64,000 bases of DNA from Hypanus sabinus (lineage: Eukaryota): assembly GCF_030144855.1 (NCBI RefSeq), contig NC_082717.1:4030001-4094000 (forward strand), in the 5' to 3' direction. Of this stretch, positions 40,501-55,500 are shown piece by piece. The notes below the pieces were generated by a model. It ran no database searches and was not told the DNA's origin. It saw only the letters and a program-made list of their open reading frames with translations. Numbering within the stretch: the first letter of the stretch is position 1; each line of letters opens with the position of its first letter. The translations under genes were made by a program, and so were the position numbers.

Positions 40501-43500
40501 ATGTACACTACAACTCTGATATTCGTCTTTGCAACATCTGTGTAAATTTTGTCTGCACTCTTTCAAACTGAAGGTAGGTGAGCAGAACTGCACACATACT
40601 TGCTCAAAGGATGCAGTGTTGAGGTTGTACAGGGCATTGGCCAGACTGCTGTTGGAATATGGTTTCAGCCCAAAACGTCGACTCTACATTTCTCCGCAGA
40701 TGCTGCCTGGCCTGTTGAGTTCCTCCAGCATTTTGCGTGTGTTGCTTGGAATATGCTGAGCAGTTTTGGGCCCTTATTTACAAAAGGATGTGCTGGCACT
40801 GGAGAGGAGATTCATGAGAATGATCCCAGGAATGAAAGGGTTAACGTTTGTGGCTCTGGGCCTGTGCTCACGGGGATTTAGAAGAATGAAGGGGACTCTC
40901 ATTCTAACCTATCAAACACTGAAAGGCTTAAAGAGGGTGGACATGGAAATGATGTCTCCTATCGTGGGGGAGTCAAGAAGATTGGAGGGTGGCTGGTGTT
41001 GTTTCATTGATCAAGAAAGCTGGTGAGGTAGGCCAGGGAACTAAAGGCCGGTGAGCCTGAATTCTGTAATAGGGAAGTTACTGGAGAGAATTCTGAGGGT
41101 CAACACACAATGCTGGAGGAACTCAGCAGGTCAGGGAACATCTACAGAGAGGAATAAACAGTCAACGGTTCAGGACGGGACCCTTCAGCAAGACTGGGAA
41201 AAAAGGAGAAAGCCAGATTAGGAAGGTGGAAGGGGAAGGAAGACAAACTGCAGGTGATACGTGAGACCAGGTGAGAGGGAAGTTAGGGTGATGTGAGAAC
41301 TGGGGAGGTGATGGGAGGAAGAGGTAGAGAGCTGAGGAAGAAGGACTCTGATAGGAGAGGAGAGTAAGGCACGCCATCACTTGGATAGTCAAGGCCAGAT
41401 CAGCAAGTGGATAGGCTATGAGCAGACTTGATGGGTTGAATGGCCTAATTCTGCTTCAATGTCTTATGGTCAATTCATCAGTCAAGGAGAGGGGATGAAG
41501 GATGGCAACTGAACCCTTGTTTTTTAAGCACCGGGTCGAATCGGAAAGGGCAGGTACAAGCCGAATCGAGCCATCATGGTCCAGACACCAGAGCATACCA
41601 AAGCAAATGACCAGATGGATACCAAGGGATTATAGATCTGTTGCAGATTTGGGCTGAAGAGTGGGAAAGAGTGATCAATATGGACAAGGGTGAGGTGGTA
41701 CACTTTGGGAGGTGAAATATCTGTGACAGTATACAGTAACTGGAGCATTAGTGTACAGAGAGACCTTGCGGTACAAGTCCATTGGTAATTGAAAGCGGCA
41801 ATGCAGTCCTGAAGAAGGGTCTCGGACTGAAACATTGACTCTCCATAGATGCTGCCTGACCTGCCGAGTCCCTCCAGCATTGTCTATGTGTGTTGCCCTG
41901 GATTTCCATTATCTGCAGAATCTCTTGTGTTTATGATTGCAAGTAAAGAATGCATGAGGCTTGTTTGCCTCATTGTCAGGGTGCAGATCATGGAGTCATG
42001 CAGCAGCTGGGTAAAGTTCTGCTTTGGGAACATTTCCTGTTCAGTTCTGGTTGCCCCATTACAGGAAGGATGTGGAGGCTTTGGAGAGGAGGCAGAAGAG
42101 GTTCGCCACGATGTGGCCTGGATTGCAGAACTTTAGTTATATGGGAGTTCAGACTGACTTCGTTTGTTTAGTCAGGATAATCGGTGACTGAGCTGTGACT
42201 ATACAATTCTGTTGAGAGAGACACAAGGAATTCTACAGATGCTCCAAAAGCAGAGCAATATGCACAAACCTTTGCTGTCCTGATTAATCAAGAACCCATC
42301 AACCTTCACTTTAAAAATATTCAATGACTCGGCCTCCATAGTAGTGAAAATGAATTCCACAAATTCACTACCCTCTGTCTAAACTCCTCATCTCTGTTCT
42401 AAATGGGCACCCCCCTACTCTGAGGCTGTGCCCTCTGGTCCAAGACTTGCAAGAGCAGCGCAGTGAAGCGGGCAAATGGAATGCTGGCCTTTATTACAAT
42501 GGGAATTGAGTACATGAGCAAGGAAATCCTCTTGCATTTGTACAGAGCCCTGGTGAGACCACACCTGGAGTATTGTGTACAGTTTTGGTCTCCAGGGTTA
42601 AGGAAGGACATCCTGGCTGTAGAGGAAGTTCTGCGTAGATTCACGAGGTTAATTCCTGGGATGTCTGGACTGTCTTACGCAGACAGGTTAGAGAGACTGG
42701 GCTTGTACATGCTGGAATTAAGGAGATTGAGAGGGGATCTGATTGCAACGTATAAGATTATTAAGGAATTGGACAAGATAGAGGCAGGAAATATGTTCCA
42801 GATGCTGGGAGAGTCCAGTACCAGAGGGTATGGTTTGAGAATAAGGGGTAGGTAATTTAGGACAGAGTTAAGGAAAAACTTCTTCTCCCAGAGAGTTGTG
42901 GGGGTGTGGAATGCACTGCCTCGGAAGGCAGTGGAAGCCAATTCTCTGGATGCTTTCAAGAAGGAGCTGCATAGGTATCTTATGGATAGGGGAATCAAGG
43001 GATATGGGGACAAGGTAGGAACCGGGTATTGATAGTAGATGATCAGCCATGATCTCAGAATGGCGGTGCAGGCTCAAAGGGCTGAATGGTCTACTTCTGC
43101 ACCTATTGTCTATTGCCCACTATAGGAAACATCCTCTCCACATCCACAATATCTGGGTCTTTCAATAGCTGATAGTTTTCAATGAGATCATCCTTCATTC
43201 TTCTAAATTCCAGTAAGTACAGGCCCAGGGCCATCAAATGCTCCTTGTACATTAATCTTTTCATTGCTGGAATCATTCTTGTAAACATCCTCTGGATTCT
43301 CTTCAATTACAGCAGATCTTTTCTTAGATAATGGGCCAACATCTCCTCATTGTTTTAATCATGCCTGTAGTCCAGTCGATGTCCGGTTTTATTCAGATGG
43401 TATCTGTTGTTCCTCTGGGTGCTTTTGTCTTTCAGCACCTGAGTCCGTGCAATGGTTGTCCCTCACTTTGCATTCGTCTATTCACAGACACGGACATCAC

Positions 43501-46500
43501 TGGCAATACCAGTATTTAGCACAATACTCCAAGAGGGGTCTGATCAGTGTCCTATATAGCTGCAACATTACCTCTCGGCTCCTAAATTCAATTCCACGAT
43601 TGATGAAGGCCAATACACCATACGCCTTCTTAACCACAGATTCAATGGAGTCTAAGATGGAAAATTCTACTGGTGAACCCTTTTATTTTTTCCCTTTGTT
43701 CTCTTTCTTCTTTAATAACTGGTTAAGCTAACCTTCATAGATACACCTATTTGTATAATTGCATGCAGTGTACAATCTCTTATTCATTGCTGATGGATAG
43801 GGCAGTATTTGCACAGTATTCACTCAGATCAGAGTTCGAGCCATTGAAACATCCCAACTTTCTGGTTTGGGGGGACCCACCGATCTCAGACGTACCAAGT
43901 TCCAGAAAGGTTCGCTGATTTCAGTGGCTGTTAGCAAGGGGCTAACGAGTTGTGTTTCCAGAGATGCTGGGTAAAAAAGTGTTTCAGAGAGAAAAAGAAA
44001 ACTGTGAATTACAGTAAGTATATATTTTTTTAAATAGTTAAATAAAATAAGTAGTGCAAAAATATGAAATTAAAAAAGAAAGTGATGAGGTATTGTTCAT
44101 GGGTTCAATATCCATTCAGAAATCAGATGGCAGAGGGGAAGAAGCTGTTGTTGAATCATTGAGTGTGTGCCTTCAGGCTTCTGTACCTCCTTCCTGATGG
44201 TAACAATGAGAAGAGAGCATGTCCTGGGTGATGGGGGTCCTTGATGATGGATGCCACCTTTCTGAGGCATCACTTCTTGAAGATGTCCTGAATACTATGG
44301 TGGCTCAAGCCCTTGATGGATCTAGAGTTTACAACTGGATGCAGATTTCTTCGATCCTGTGCAGTAGCCACCCCCATACTAGGCAGTGATGCAACCAGTT
44401 AGAATGCTCTCCATAGTGCATCAGTAGAAATTTGCAAGTGTTTTTGGTGAGAAATCAAATCTCCTCAATCTCCTTTTCATTTGGAAACCCATGGCCTGAC
44501 TAGGGAGAGCCTGCAAGGCTTTGTGCATGCCAGTCCGTGCTTTACCAACTTTATTGTTTTTTGACCAGGTGACAAGAGAGATTGATGAGGGTAGGGCAGT
44601 GGATGTTATCTACATGGATTTTAGTAAGGCATTTGACAAAATCCCTCACGGCAGGCTATCCTGAAGATTAAGCTGCATGGGATGAATTAGCTGTTTGGAT
44701 TCAGAACTGGCTTGTGCATAGAAGAGTTGGACATAGGTAGTGGTTGAAGGGACATATCTGAGCTGGAGGTCTGTAATCAGTGGTGTTCCACATGAATCTG
44801 TGCTGAGACCTCTGCTCTTTCTGATGTATAGAAATAACCTGGATGAAAACGTAACACATGCAGAATGCTAGAGGAACTCAGCAGCCCAGGCAGCATCTTA
44901 GAAAGGAGTAAACAGTCAATGTTTTGTGCCGAGACCCTTCAGCAGGACTGGAAAAAGAGATGAGAAGTCAGGCTTGCTGAGCTCTTCCAGCATTTTGTGT
45001 GTGTTGCTCAGATTTCCAGCATCTGCAGATTTTCTCTTGTTTGTGAAAATATAGATGAGTGGGTTAGTGAATTTGTGGATAATACCAAGACTGGAGAGGT
45101 AATGGATAGTGTAGAAGAATGGCAAAGAATACAACATGATATAGACCAGTTGCAAATATGGGCTGAGAATTGGCAAATGGATTGGGCTCAGGTGAATGTG
45201 AGGTGCTGCACCTTGGTAGGCCAAATGCAACGAGACAGTACGCTATCACGGGCAAGACTCCTAACAGTGTTGCTGAGCAGACAAATCTTGGGATCAAATT
45301 TCACAGTTTCTTGAATGCAGCTGCACAGTCGATAGGGCGGTTAAGAAGGCTTATGGAATGCTTGCTTTTATCAGTCGAGGCTTAGCGTTCAAAAGGCAGC
45401 AGGTTATGTTGCAACTTTTTAAAACTCTGGTTAGGCCCCACCTGGAGAACTGTGTACAGTTCTGGTCATCCCATGATAAGAAGGATGTTGAGGCTTTGGA
45501 GAGGAAGCAGAAGATGTTCATCAGGATGCTGCCTGCTTTAGAGGGCACGTGACTGGATAAACTTGGGTTGTTGTCCATGGAGCTTCGGAGGCTGAGGGGA
45601 GATCTGATAGAGATTTACAAGGCATGAATAGGATGTACAGACAATAGCTAGTTTCCAGGGTAGAAATATGAACGACTTTATCTCTTACATCCTTCACATT
45701 CATGAAGAGTAAAAATCTTTACATTACTAATACCAGAGGGCATGCATTGAAGGTGGGGGGAGGGTAGGTTCAAGGGGGATGTGAGGGGTAAGTTTTTTAC
45801 TCAGAGTGATGGATGCCTGCAATGCACTGCCTTGTATGGTGGTAGAGGTAAATTCAGAGGCTCTAATGCAACGTTTTGGATAGGCACATGGATGTAAGGT
45901 AGATGGAGGGATATGAACATGGTGTAGGTATTGTGGGGGGATGCTTTGTTGCCAGGAATGTTGTCTGATTTAGCTTTGTCGCTGGTTACAGCATAGAGGT
46001 TCAAGTTTATTGTCATCTGACCATATGTATTCAATCCATAAGATATCAGAGTGGAATTCGGCCATTCGGCCCATTGAGTCTGCTCTGTCATTTCATCATG
46101 GTTGATCCATTTTCCTTCTGAGCCCCAGTCACCTGCTTTCCCCCAATATTCCTTTATGCCCAAGAATCTATCAACTTCTGCCTTAAATGTACCAAAATAC
46201 TTGGCCTCTACAGCTGCCTGTGGCAACAAATTCCACAGATTCACCTCTCTGTGCCTAAAGCAATTCCTCCTCATCGCCGTTCTAAAAGGATCTCTTTATT
46301 ATGAGGCTGTGTCCGCTGGTTTTAGTCTCCCCACCATAGGATGCACCCCAGCGTCAACAGAACTGAGTCTGGATGCAGGGTTTCAACCTGAAGTGTAGAC
46401 AATTTCCCCACGCGTGCTGCTTGATCACTGTGTTCCTCCAGAAAATGGTTTTGTCACTGCAGATTACCAGCACCTGCAGTCTGTCCTTCCTTAATGAAAC

Positions 46501-49500
46501 CTATCGACTATTGAAAGGCCTAGATAGGGTGGATCAGGAGGTGAGTGGGGGGGGTGGGAACGAGGAGGATGTCTCCTATAGTAGGGAAGTCTCGGGCCAA
46601 AGGGCAGATCCTCAGAATAGATGGATGTCCTTTTGGAACAGCTGAAGAGCTAATTCTTTAGCTAGTGGGTGGTGAATCTGTTGAATTCATTGCCACAGAC
46701 AGCTGTCGATGTTGAGAAGTTATTGATTATTCAGGATGTCAAAGATTACAGCAAGGCAGGAAATTGGATTTGAGATGGATAATAATCAGCCATGATGGAA
46801 TGACGAAGTAGACTCAATGGGCTGAATGGCCTCATTCTGCTCCTATGTTTTATGGTCTCATGGAGCTCCTCCAGCAGATTGTTTGTCGATAAAAATACAG
46901 GCATTTGCTGATCCAATGACAGTCGGGTCAGCAGTTCCCGATAAATCCATAAAATACTTGCTAACTGTTGAGAGATTTAGGCAGCTCCAATTTATCAGCT
47001 CACATTTACTAATGAGTAACAGGAAAAGATTTCATCCAAGTAATGTTAGAGTTCTAGAAGATTATAAGGCTACCAGGAAGGAGCTTAAGAAGGAAATTTG
47101 GAGAGCCAGAAGGGGCCATGAGAATGCCTTGGCAGGCAGGATTAAGGAAAACCCCAAAGCATTCTACAGGTATGTGAAGAGCAAAAGGGTAAGACGTGAA
47201 AGAATAGGACCTATCAAGTGTGACAGTTGGAAAGTGTGTATGGAACCAGAGGAAATAGCAGAGGTACTTAATGAATACTTTACTTCAGTATTCACTATGG
47301 AAAAGGATCTTGGTGACTGCAGTAATGACTTGCAGCAGACTGAAAAGCTTGAGCATATAGATATATTAAGAAAGAGGATGTGCTGGAGCTTTTGGAAAGA
47401 ATCAAGTTGGATAAGTTGCCGGGACCAGATGAGATGTACCCCAGGCTACTGTGGGAGGCGAGGGAGGAGATTGCTAAGCCGCTGGAGATGATCTTTGCAT
47501 CATCAATGGGGATGGGAGAGGTTCCAGAGGATTGGAGGGTTACAGATGTTGTTCTCTTATTCAAGAAAGGGAGTAGAGATAACCCAGGAAATTATAGACC
47601 AGTGAGTCTTACTTCAGTGATTGGTAAATTGATGGAGAAGATCCTGAGAGGCAGGATTCATGAACATTTGGAGAGATATAATATGATTAGGAATAGTCAG
47701 CATGGCTTTGTCAAGGGCAGGTCATACTTTACGAGCCTGTTTGAATTTTTTGAGGATGTGACTAAACAGTTTGATGAAGGAAGAGCAGTAGATGTAGTGT
47801 ATATAGCTTTCTGCAAGGCATTTGATAAGGTACCCCATACAAGGCTTATTGAGAAAGTAAGGAGGCATGGGATCCAAGGGGACATTGCTTTGTGGATCCA
47901 GAACTAGCTTGCCCACAGAAGGCAAAGAGTGGTTGCAGACAGGTCATATTCTGCATGGAGGTCAGTCACCAGTGGAGTGCCTCAGGGATCTGTTCTGGGA
48001 CCCTTACTCTTTGTGATTTTTATAAATGACCTGGATGAGGAATTGGAGGGATGGGTTAGTAAGTTTGTTGATGACACAAAGGTTGGAGGTGTTGAGGGCC
48101 ATCAGTAGTTACAGCGGAACATTGATAGGATGGAAAACTTGGTTGAGAAGTGGAATATGGAGTTCAACCCAGATAAGTGTGAAGTGGTTCATTTTGGTAG
48201 ATCAAGTATGATGGCAGAATATGGTATTAATGGTAAGACTCTTAGCAGTGTGGAGGATCAGAGAGATCTTGGGGTCTGAGTCCATAAGACACTCAAAGCA
48301 GCTGCGCAGGTTGACTCTGTGATTAAGAAGGCATACGATGCATTGGCCTTCATCAACTATTGGATTGAGTTTAAGCAATGAGAGGTAATGTTACAGCTGT
48401 ATAGGACCATGGTCAGACCTCACTTGGAGTACTGTGCTCAATTCTGGTTGCCTCACTACAGGAAGGATGTGGAAACCACAGAAAGGATGCAGAGGAGATT
48501 TACAAGGATGTTGCCTGGATTGGGGAGCATGCCTTATGCAAACAGGTTGAGTGAGCGACAGAGGATGAGAGGTGACCTGATAAAGGTGTATAAGAAGATG
48601 AGAGGCATTGATTGTGTGGATAGTCAGAGGCTTTTTCCCAGGGCTGAAATGGTTGCCACAAGAGGGCATAGGTTTAAGGTGCTGGGGAGTAGGTACAGAG
48701 GAGATGTCAGGGGTAAGTTTTTTTATGCGGAGAATGACGAGTGTGTGGAATGGGCTGCCAGCAATGGTGGTGGAGGCGGATACGATAGGGTCTTTTACGA
48801 GACTTTTTGATAGGTACATGGAGCTTAGAAAATTAGAGGGCTATTGGTAAGCCTAGTAATTTGTAAGGTTGGGACATGTTCGGCACAACTTTGTGGGCCA
48901 AAGGGACTGTCTTGTGTTTTAGGTTTTCTATGTTTCTGTGTTTACATTCATCCTTATCCACCTCTTCCCATTGAAAGGAGACTCCTTGGGTGTAAATGGG
49001 TTTGTAAAAGTAACACTATTTGTTCTCGGCAGAACAAGGCAGGTCTCATTACACCTGTCAACAAGCCTCTCTCAGACCTGTTACTCATACTCCCCCATTA
49101 CTGACGGTTTATTCAAACCATCACGAACAGCATTTTAAACCAGTTTGAAAACGAGACAGAGAGGACTTGTCATCAGGGACGACCATGGATCCTGTGTCGT
49201 AGTTGTCTAGTTACACATGTCAGGGCAGTGCAGTATGGAGAGAAAGCTGTTGCCATGCAGCAAAATCCCCCTTTTCACACAGCTGATGGAGCTGAAGGGA
49301 CGGCACAGACAGATACAGTTTGGCACCATCAGCATTGCAAGAGTTTCCAGTCAGCATTGAACATTTCACACTGCCACCCAGCTTTGTGTTATCGGCAAAT
49401 TTGCTAATGTTACTCTTTGTTTCCTGTCAGCCAGCTAATTTTCAATCCACGTCAGTACTCTGCCCCCAATACCATGTGCCCTAATTTTGCCCACTAATCT

Positions 49501-52500
49501 CCTATGTGGGACTTTATCAAAAGCTTTCTGGAAGTCCAGGTACACTACATCCACTGGCTCTCCCTTGTCCATTTTCATGGTTACATCCTCAAAAAACTCC
49601 AGAAGATTAGTCAAGCATGATTTTCCCTTCATAAATCCATGCTGACTCGGACTGATCCTTCTGCTGCTATCCAAATGTGTCGTAATTTCATTTTTTATAA
49701 TTGACTCCAGCATCTTCCCCACCACTGATGCCAGGCTAACCGGTCTATAATTCCCTGTTTTCTCTCTCCCTCCTTTCTTGAAAGGTAGGACAACATTAGC
49801 CACCTTCCAGTCAGCAGGAACTGTTCCTGAATCTGTAGAACATAGAGAATAGAGAATGGAAAGACAGAGAAATGTTGCTGTTCAATAAATACTCTGCAAA
49901 TTAGCTAGGAAATAATATGAAGGAAAGGTGGTGGACTTGCTCACATGTACTTCAGCAAGGTGTTTGACGAAGTCCTGCATGGAAGGCTGGTCCAGATGTT
50001 TCAGTGTCTTGGCACTCAACGTTGGCTTTGTGGAAGAGGCCGAGAGTGGTAGTAGATGTTTGTCTCTCTGACTGGAGGCTTGTGACTGGTGATGCACCAC
50101 AGGGATAAGGTCATCTATTGTTGTATATCATTTATGTCGGTGACTTGGATGATAACGTGACAAATTGAATTGCACAAAGACTGGGAGGTGTATTAGACAA
50201 CAAAGAAGGCTATCAAATTTGCAATGGGATGTGGACCAGCTGGAAAGATGGGCTGAAAAATGGCAGATGAATTTAATGCAGACAAGTTCTGAGTTGGATG
50301 ATCAGCCATGATCATACTGAATGGCGGTGCAGGCTCAAAGGGCTGAATGGCCTACTCCTGCAACTATTTTCAGTTTCTATGTTTCTAAGTACATGATGTT
50401 GTGCTTTGAGAGGACAGACCAGGGTAGGGCTTACACAGTGAACAGTAGAGCACAGAGGGGTGTGGTGGAACAGAGGAATCTGGAGAAAAGGTGCATAATT
50501 CCTTGAAAGTAGCGTCATAGATGGAGAGGGTTGTGAAGTGCTTTTGGCACATTGGCCTCTAAATCAGAGTGTAAGGTTCTATAGATGGGATGTTATGTTG
50601 AAATTATCTACGACATCATTGAGGCTGAATGTGGAGTATTGGGCGCAGTGCCAACCTAATCTGGTAAGCTTCCGATAGGAAAGATAGCAACAAGACTGAA
50701 AGGCCACAGGGAAAATTTACAAGGATATCGCTGTGACTTGAGGACCTGAAGTATAGGAAAGATGGAACAGTTTTTCACATAGAATGAGGGCAGATTGTAT
50801 GGAGGTATATAAAATCTATGAGGGCTATAGGAGGGTGAATGCATACAGGCCTTTTCACCTCAGTTTGGGTGAAACAGGAACTAGAGGTCGTAGGTTCAGA
50901 TTGAAAGGTGAAATATTTAAAGGGATCATGAGGGGGACGTTCTTCACCCGGAGGGTGGTGACTGTGTAGAACGAGCTGTCAGTGGAAGTGGTGGCTGTGG
51001 GTGCAATTGTACCATCCGTAAAATTTGAATATGTCCGTGGATGACAGGGTTATGGAGGGATATGGTCCAGGTGCAGGTAAGTGGGACTAGGTAGAAGATC
51101 AGGTTGGGGTGGACTAGTTGGGCAGAACAGCCTGTTTGTCTGCTGTAGTATTCTGTAGTTCTATGCTTGTACGTTTAAATTGGATCTTTTGAATTTTTTC
51201 TTCAATAAATTCTCTCTTTCCTAGTTTTGGCCACTTGATTCATTATTGTAATTTGCAATGCCAATGTCCCCCTCTTACTCAGTAGTATCTGCAAAGTAGC
51301 ATAAGCATCATCAGGTTTTCTGTGTGAACCATGAACTCCGTTTCTCTCCGCTCTGTTGCTCTCCGACCTGCCGAATGCTTTAGGTTTTCTTTCAGGTTTG
51401 CAGCAGCTGCAGTATTTTACTTTTATATGCAACTCCTCGTTCCTGCATCTGGTCACCAATATGCATGTGAGAAGTTGACACCCCTGAGGTTTACCTCCTG
51501 ACACACATTGCCAATATCAAGCCCTCTCTCCCTCTTGTTTCTTTACCCACCTTTCAAAGTTACCTCAGAGTTTGTGTGCTGACATCTGTGGAACCTGGTG
51601 AAATCTTTCCTGCAGGTTCCTGACAATGTCAGCAAAGATTTCATCAACTTTACTGTCGATTTCAATCCTGCTCGTATGTTCACTTTGTCTATTACTAACA
51701 CATAAATCTCTCTCTCAATTCCCCTGTACACATTTCAAGGAGAGGGTCAGCAGTTCTACAAGAAGCCCAGAGACTCCCACAGCTAACCTGACCACTCTTC
51801 ATCCCATTCTGATTCCTCTGGGGACACCATTCCCTTCTCCCAGTATCTCTGTCTCTGTCACATCTGCCCCGAAGATGCCATCTTCCATATCAGTGCTTCT
51901 TTATTTTCCAGTCCCTCGAAGGTGGTTTTCCACTATGACCGCTAACAAGGCTCTTAACTGTATCCGTTCCAAGTCCCACACTTCTCTTGTCATCCCCTCT
52001 CCTTCCACCCAGAACAAGGACAGGGTTTCCCTGGTCCCCAGCTTCCATCTACAATTGTGGGCCGAAGGGCCTGTACTGTGCTGTAGTGTTCTATGTTCTA
52101 TGGTCACTTTGCTGAAGAGAGCTTTCTGACAGGAGTTTTGGGAAAGGATGTTGTTTTGGAAGATCGATATGTAGAATGAAGAAACAGAGGGAGGATGTGA
52201 ACATTGAAAATTCCTGGGTATGTTCATGGGGATCGTCTCCAGGCCTCGAATCAACAGAGATACAGTCAGGGAGAGCAACTAACAGGAAACTACAGTATGT
52301 GAAGGGGTACTACAATGATAATGGGTGACTTTAATCTGCATATAGACTGTTCAAAACACATTGGTGGAGAATGATTGTGTATCAGCTGGCTTTGTAGTCC
52401 AGTCCATTGAACAGCTGGAGAAGGAAAATTCTGATTTTAAACCTCTGTTGCCTTGCAGGCTACCCACCCATGCGAAAGTCTTCGGGAGTAAACCCCAAGG

Positions 52501-55500
52501 ACAAAATCTGGAACAGGGGTCCCTAAGGCACTTTGATGTTGTTTACAACTTCACTCTGGTACCCTCTGCGACAACACTGGTACCAAGCTGTATCGATGCT
52601 TGCCCTTCCCTTGGACTACATCCAGTGACGTGGAGAGGGCAAATCCACTGCGTGGGCATCAGCCGGTTCTTCAAATCTTCCCGGCCAGGCTTTTTCCCTG
52701 GAGAGGACACGATCCACCAGAGGTGCAAACCCATAATCTCCTGGGATCGACGGCTGCCTACATTGAACAGTTAATTCCAAAGTGCTTAACCTGTTTTGGA
52801 TTATGTGCAATGAAAAGCAGTTGGGAAACAATTTTGCACTGGGGTGTCCTTCACAGAACTTGATAAAATTCTTCATTAAGATTGAAAATAAAGTCCTTCA
52901 ATCAATAACACAGGCTTTAAATTTAGCCAAAGAGACTGTGAAGGCCTGAGGCATGAGTTAACTCTGACAGATTGGAAAATATGACAATGGATAGAATACC
53001 CGGACATACAGTTCGACATCCCTTCCTGGACTAAAACAGGTAAGGGAAGTGATCGAAGAAAGGAAGTTAGGAATAGAGAAATCACATAGATTGTCAGAAC
53101 TGTGGCAGAACTGAGGATGGAGAGCAACTCAAAATTCACTGAAAAAGAGAAGGAAAACAGAGAATAGAACAGGTGAGAAACATGAATGAGGATTGTAAAA
53201 GCTTTCGGAGGTGTGGAACACAGATGAGGACTTTGTTGCTCTCTGAGGCAGACACACAGCTTGCCCCAGAAATGCTGTGACTCATTATTATTAGCAGAAA
53301 GAACAGTTCTGGATAGATTACTCAGCTTGAAGCCTGACACAAAGTAACTGCAGATGCTGTGGTCAAATCAACACGTACAAACCAGCTGGATGAACTCAGC
53401 AGGTCGGGCAGCATCCGTCGACTGCTCGTTTCAACGGATGCTGCCTGACCTGCTGAGTTCATCCAGCTGGTTTGAAACCTGACAAATCCCCGGGCCCTGA
53501 TAATCTGCATTCAAAATACCAAATTTGTTACTCAGTTTGCCCAGTTTCATTTGTAACTCTTTCTATCAAACTTCGGCTAATTGTGGCAGCCATTTAATTG
53601 GGCCAAGGTGTTCTGGTCCCAATGTGTCCCAGTGAGACAGGATCCACTGTGTCTATTCCCCAGTTACTGAAAGCAAGCACACAGGTGCAGTGACCTGTAA
53701 CAACAGTCTTATTTCGTGTGGCTGATCACCGTAGACTTTATGAGAAAATCAAATTACATAGTACTACACTGGGTATCAGAAGTTCTAAATATTACTAAGG
53801 ATGAGGTTTTGGGGTTTTTGAAGAATAATGATAAAATAACTCAGCATGGTTTCTGTCATGGGAAATCTTGCCTATCAAACCTGATAAGAGTTCATCAAGA
53901 AATAACATGCAGGATGGACAAAGGAGAGGCAATGGATTTTGATTTTCAGAAAGCGTTTGATAAAATACCACACATGGTATTTTGCAGGGAAATGTACTAT
54001 GGACATGTGGTCAATGTTTTAGGATCTCTTGCAGGATGTTAGGGATAAATTTGTCCCGGTGAGGAAGATAAAGAATGGTAGGGTGAAGGAACCATGGGTG
54101 ACAAGTGAAGTGGAAAATCTAGTCAGGTGGAAGAAGGCAGCATACATGAGGTTTAGGAAGCAAGGATCAGATGGGTCTATTGAGGAATATAGGGCAGCAA
54201 GAATGGAGCTTAAGAAGGAGTTGAGAAGAGCAAGAAGGGGGCATGAGAAGGCCTTGGCGAGTAGGGTAAAGGAAAACCCCAAGGCATTCTTCAATTATGT
54301 GAAGAATAAAAGGATGACAGGAGTGAAGGTAGGACCGATTAGAGATAAAAATGGGAAGATGTGCCTGGAGGCTGTGGAAGTGAGCGAGGTCCTCAATGAA
54401 TACTTCTCTTCGGTATTCACCAATGAGAGGGAACTTGATGACGGTGAGGACAATATGAGTGAGGTTGATGTTCTGGAGCATGTTGATATTAAGGGAGAGG
54501 AGGTTTTGGAGTTGTTAAAATACGGCCCTGGATAGGTCCCCGGGGCCTGACGGAATATTCCCCAGCCTGCTCCACGAGGCGAGGGAAGAGATTGCTGAGC
54601 CTCTGGCTAGGATCTTTATGCCCTCGTTGTCCACAGGAACGGTACCAGAGGATTGGAGGGAGGCGAATGTTGTCCCCTTGTTCAAAAAAGGTAGTAGGGA
54701 TAGTCCAGGAAATTATAGACCAGTGAGCCTTACATCTGTGGTGGGAAAGCTGTTGGAAAAGATTCTTAGAGATAGGATCTATGGGCAATTAGAGAATCAT
54801 GGTCTGATCAGGGACAGTCAGCATGGCTTTGTGAAGGGCAGATCGTGTCTAACAAGCCTGATAGAGTTCTTTGAGGAGGTGACCAGGCATATAGATGAGG
54901 GTAGTGCAGTGGATGTGATCTACATGGATTTTAGTAAGGCATTTGACAAGTTTCCACACAGTACGCTTATTCAGAAAGTCAGAAGGTATGGGATCCAGGG
55001 AAGTTTGGCCAGGTGGATTCAGAATTGGTTTGTCTGCAGAAGGCAGAGAATCATGGTGGAGGGAGTACATTCAGATTGGAGGGTTGTGACTAGTGGTGTC
55101 CCACAAGGATCTGTTCTGGGACCTCTACTTTTGTGATTTTTATTAATGACCTGGATGTGGGGGTAGAAGGGTGGATTTGCAAGTTTGCAGATGATGCAAA
55201 GGTTGTTGGTGGTGTAGATAGTGTAGAGGATTGTCGAAGATTGCAGAGAGACATTGATAGGATGCAGAAGTGGGCTGAGAAGTGGCAGATGGAGATGGAG
55301 TTCAACCCAGAGAAGTGTGAGGTGGTACACTTTGGAAGGACAAACTCCAAGGCAGAGTACAAAGTAAATGGCAGGATACTTGGTAGTGTGGAGGAGCAGA
55401 GGGATCTGGGGGTACATGTCCACAGATCCCTGAAAGTTGCCTCACAGGTAGATGGGGTAGTTAAGAAAGCTTATGGGGTGTTAGCTTTCATAAGTCGAGG

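Noticed and set aside
51560-51700. Possible hAT-transposase-like peptide ([14 protein letters not shown]) on the minus strand
   Set aside because: Too short, no TIRs recognised; cannot be supported without a database search.
52876-53138. Strong minus-strand acceptor followed by a hydrophobic frame ([27 protein letters not shown]) resembling a second TM exon
   Set aside because: No V exon lies between it and the leader, and no leader was found between it and V1. It is probably chance hydrophobic translation of a pyrimidine-rich tract, though use as a poison exon cannot be excluded.
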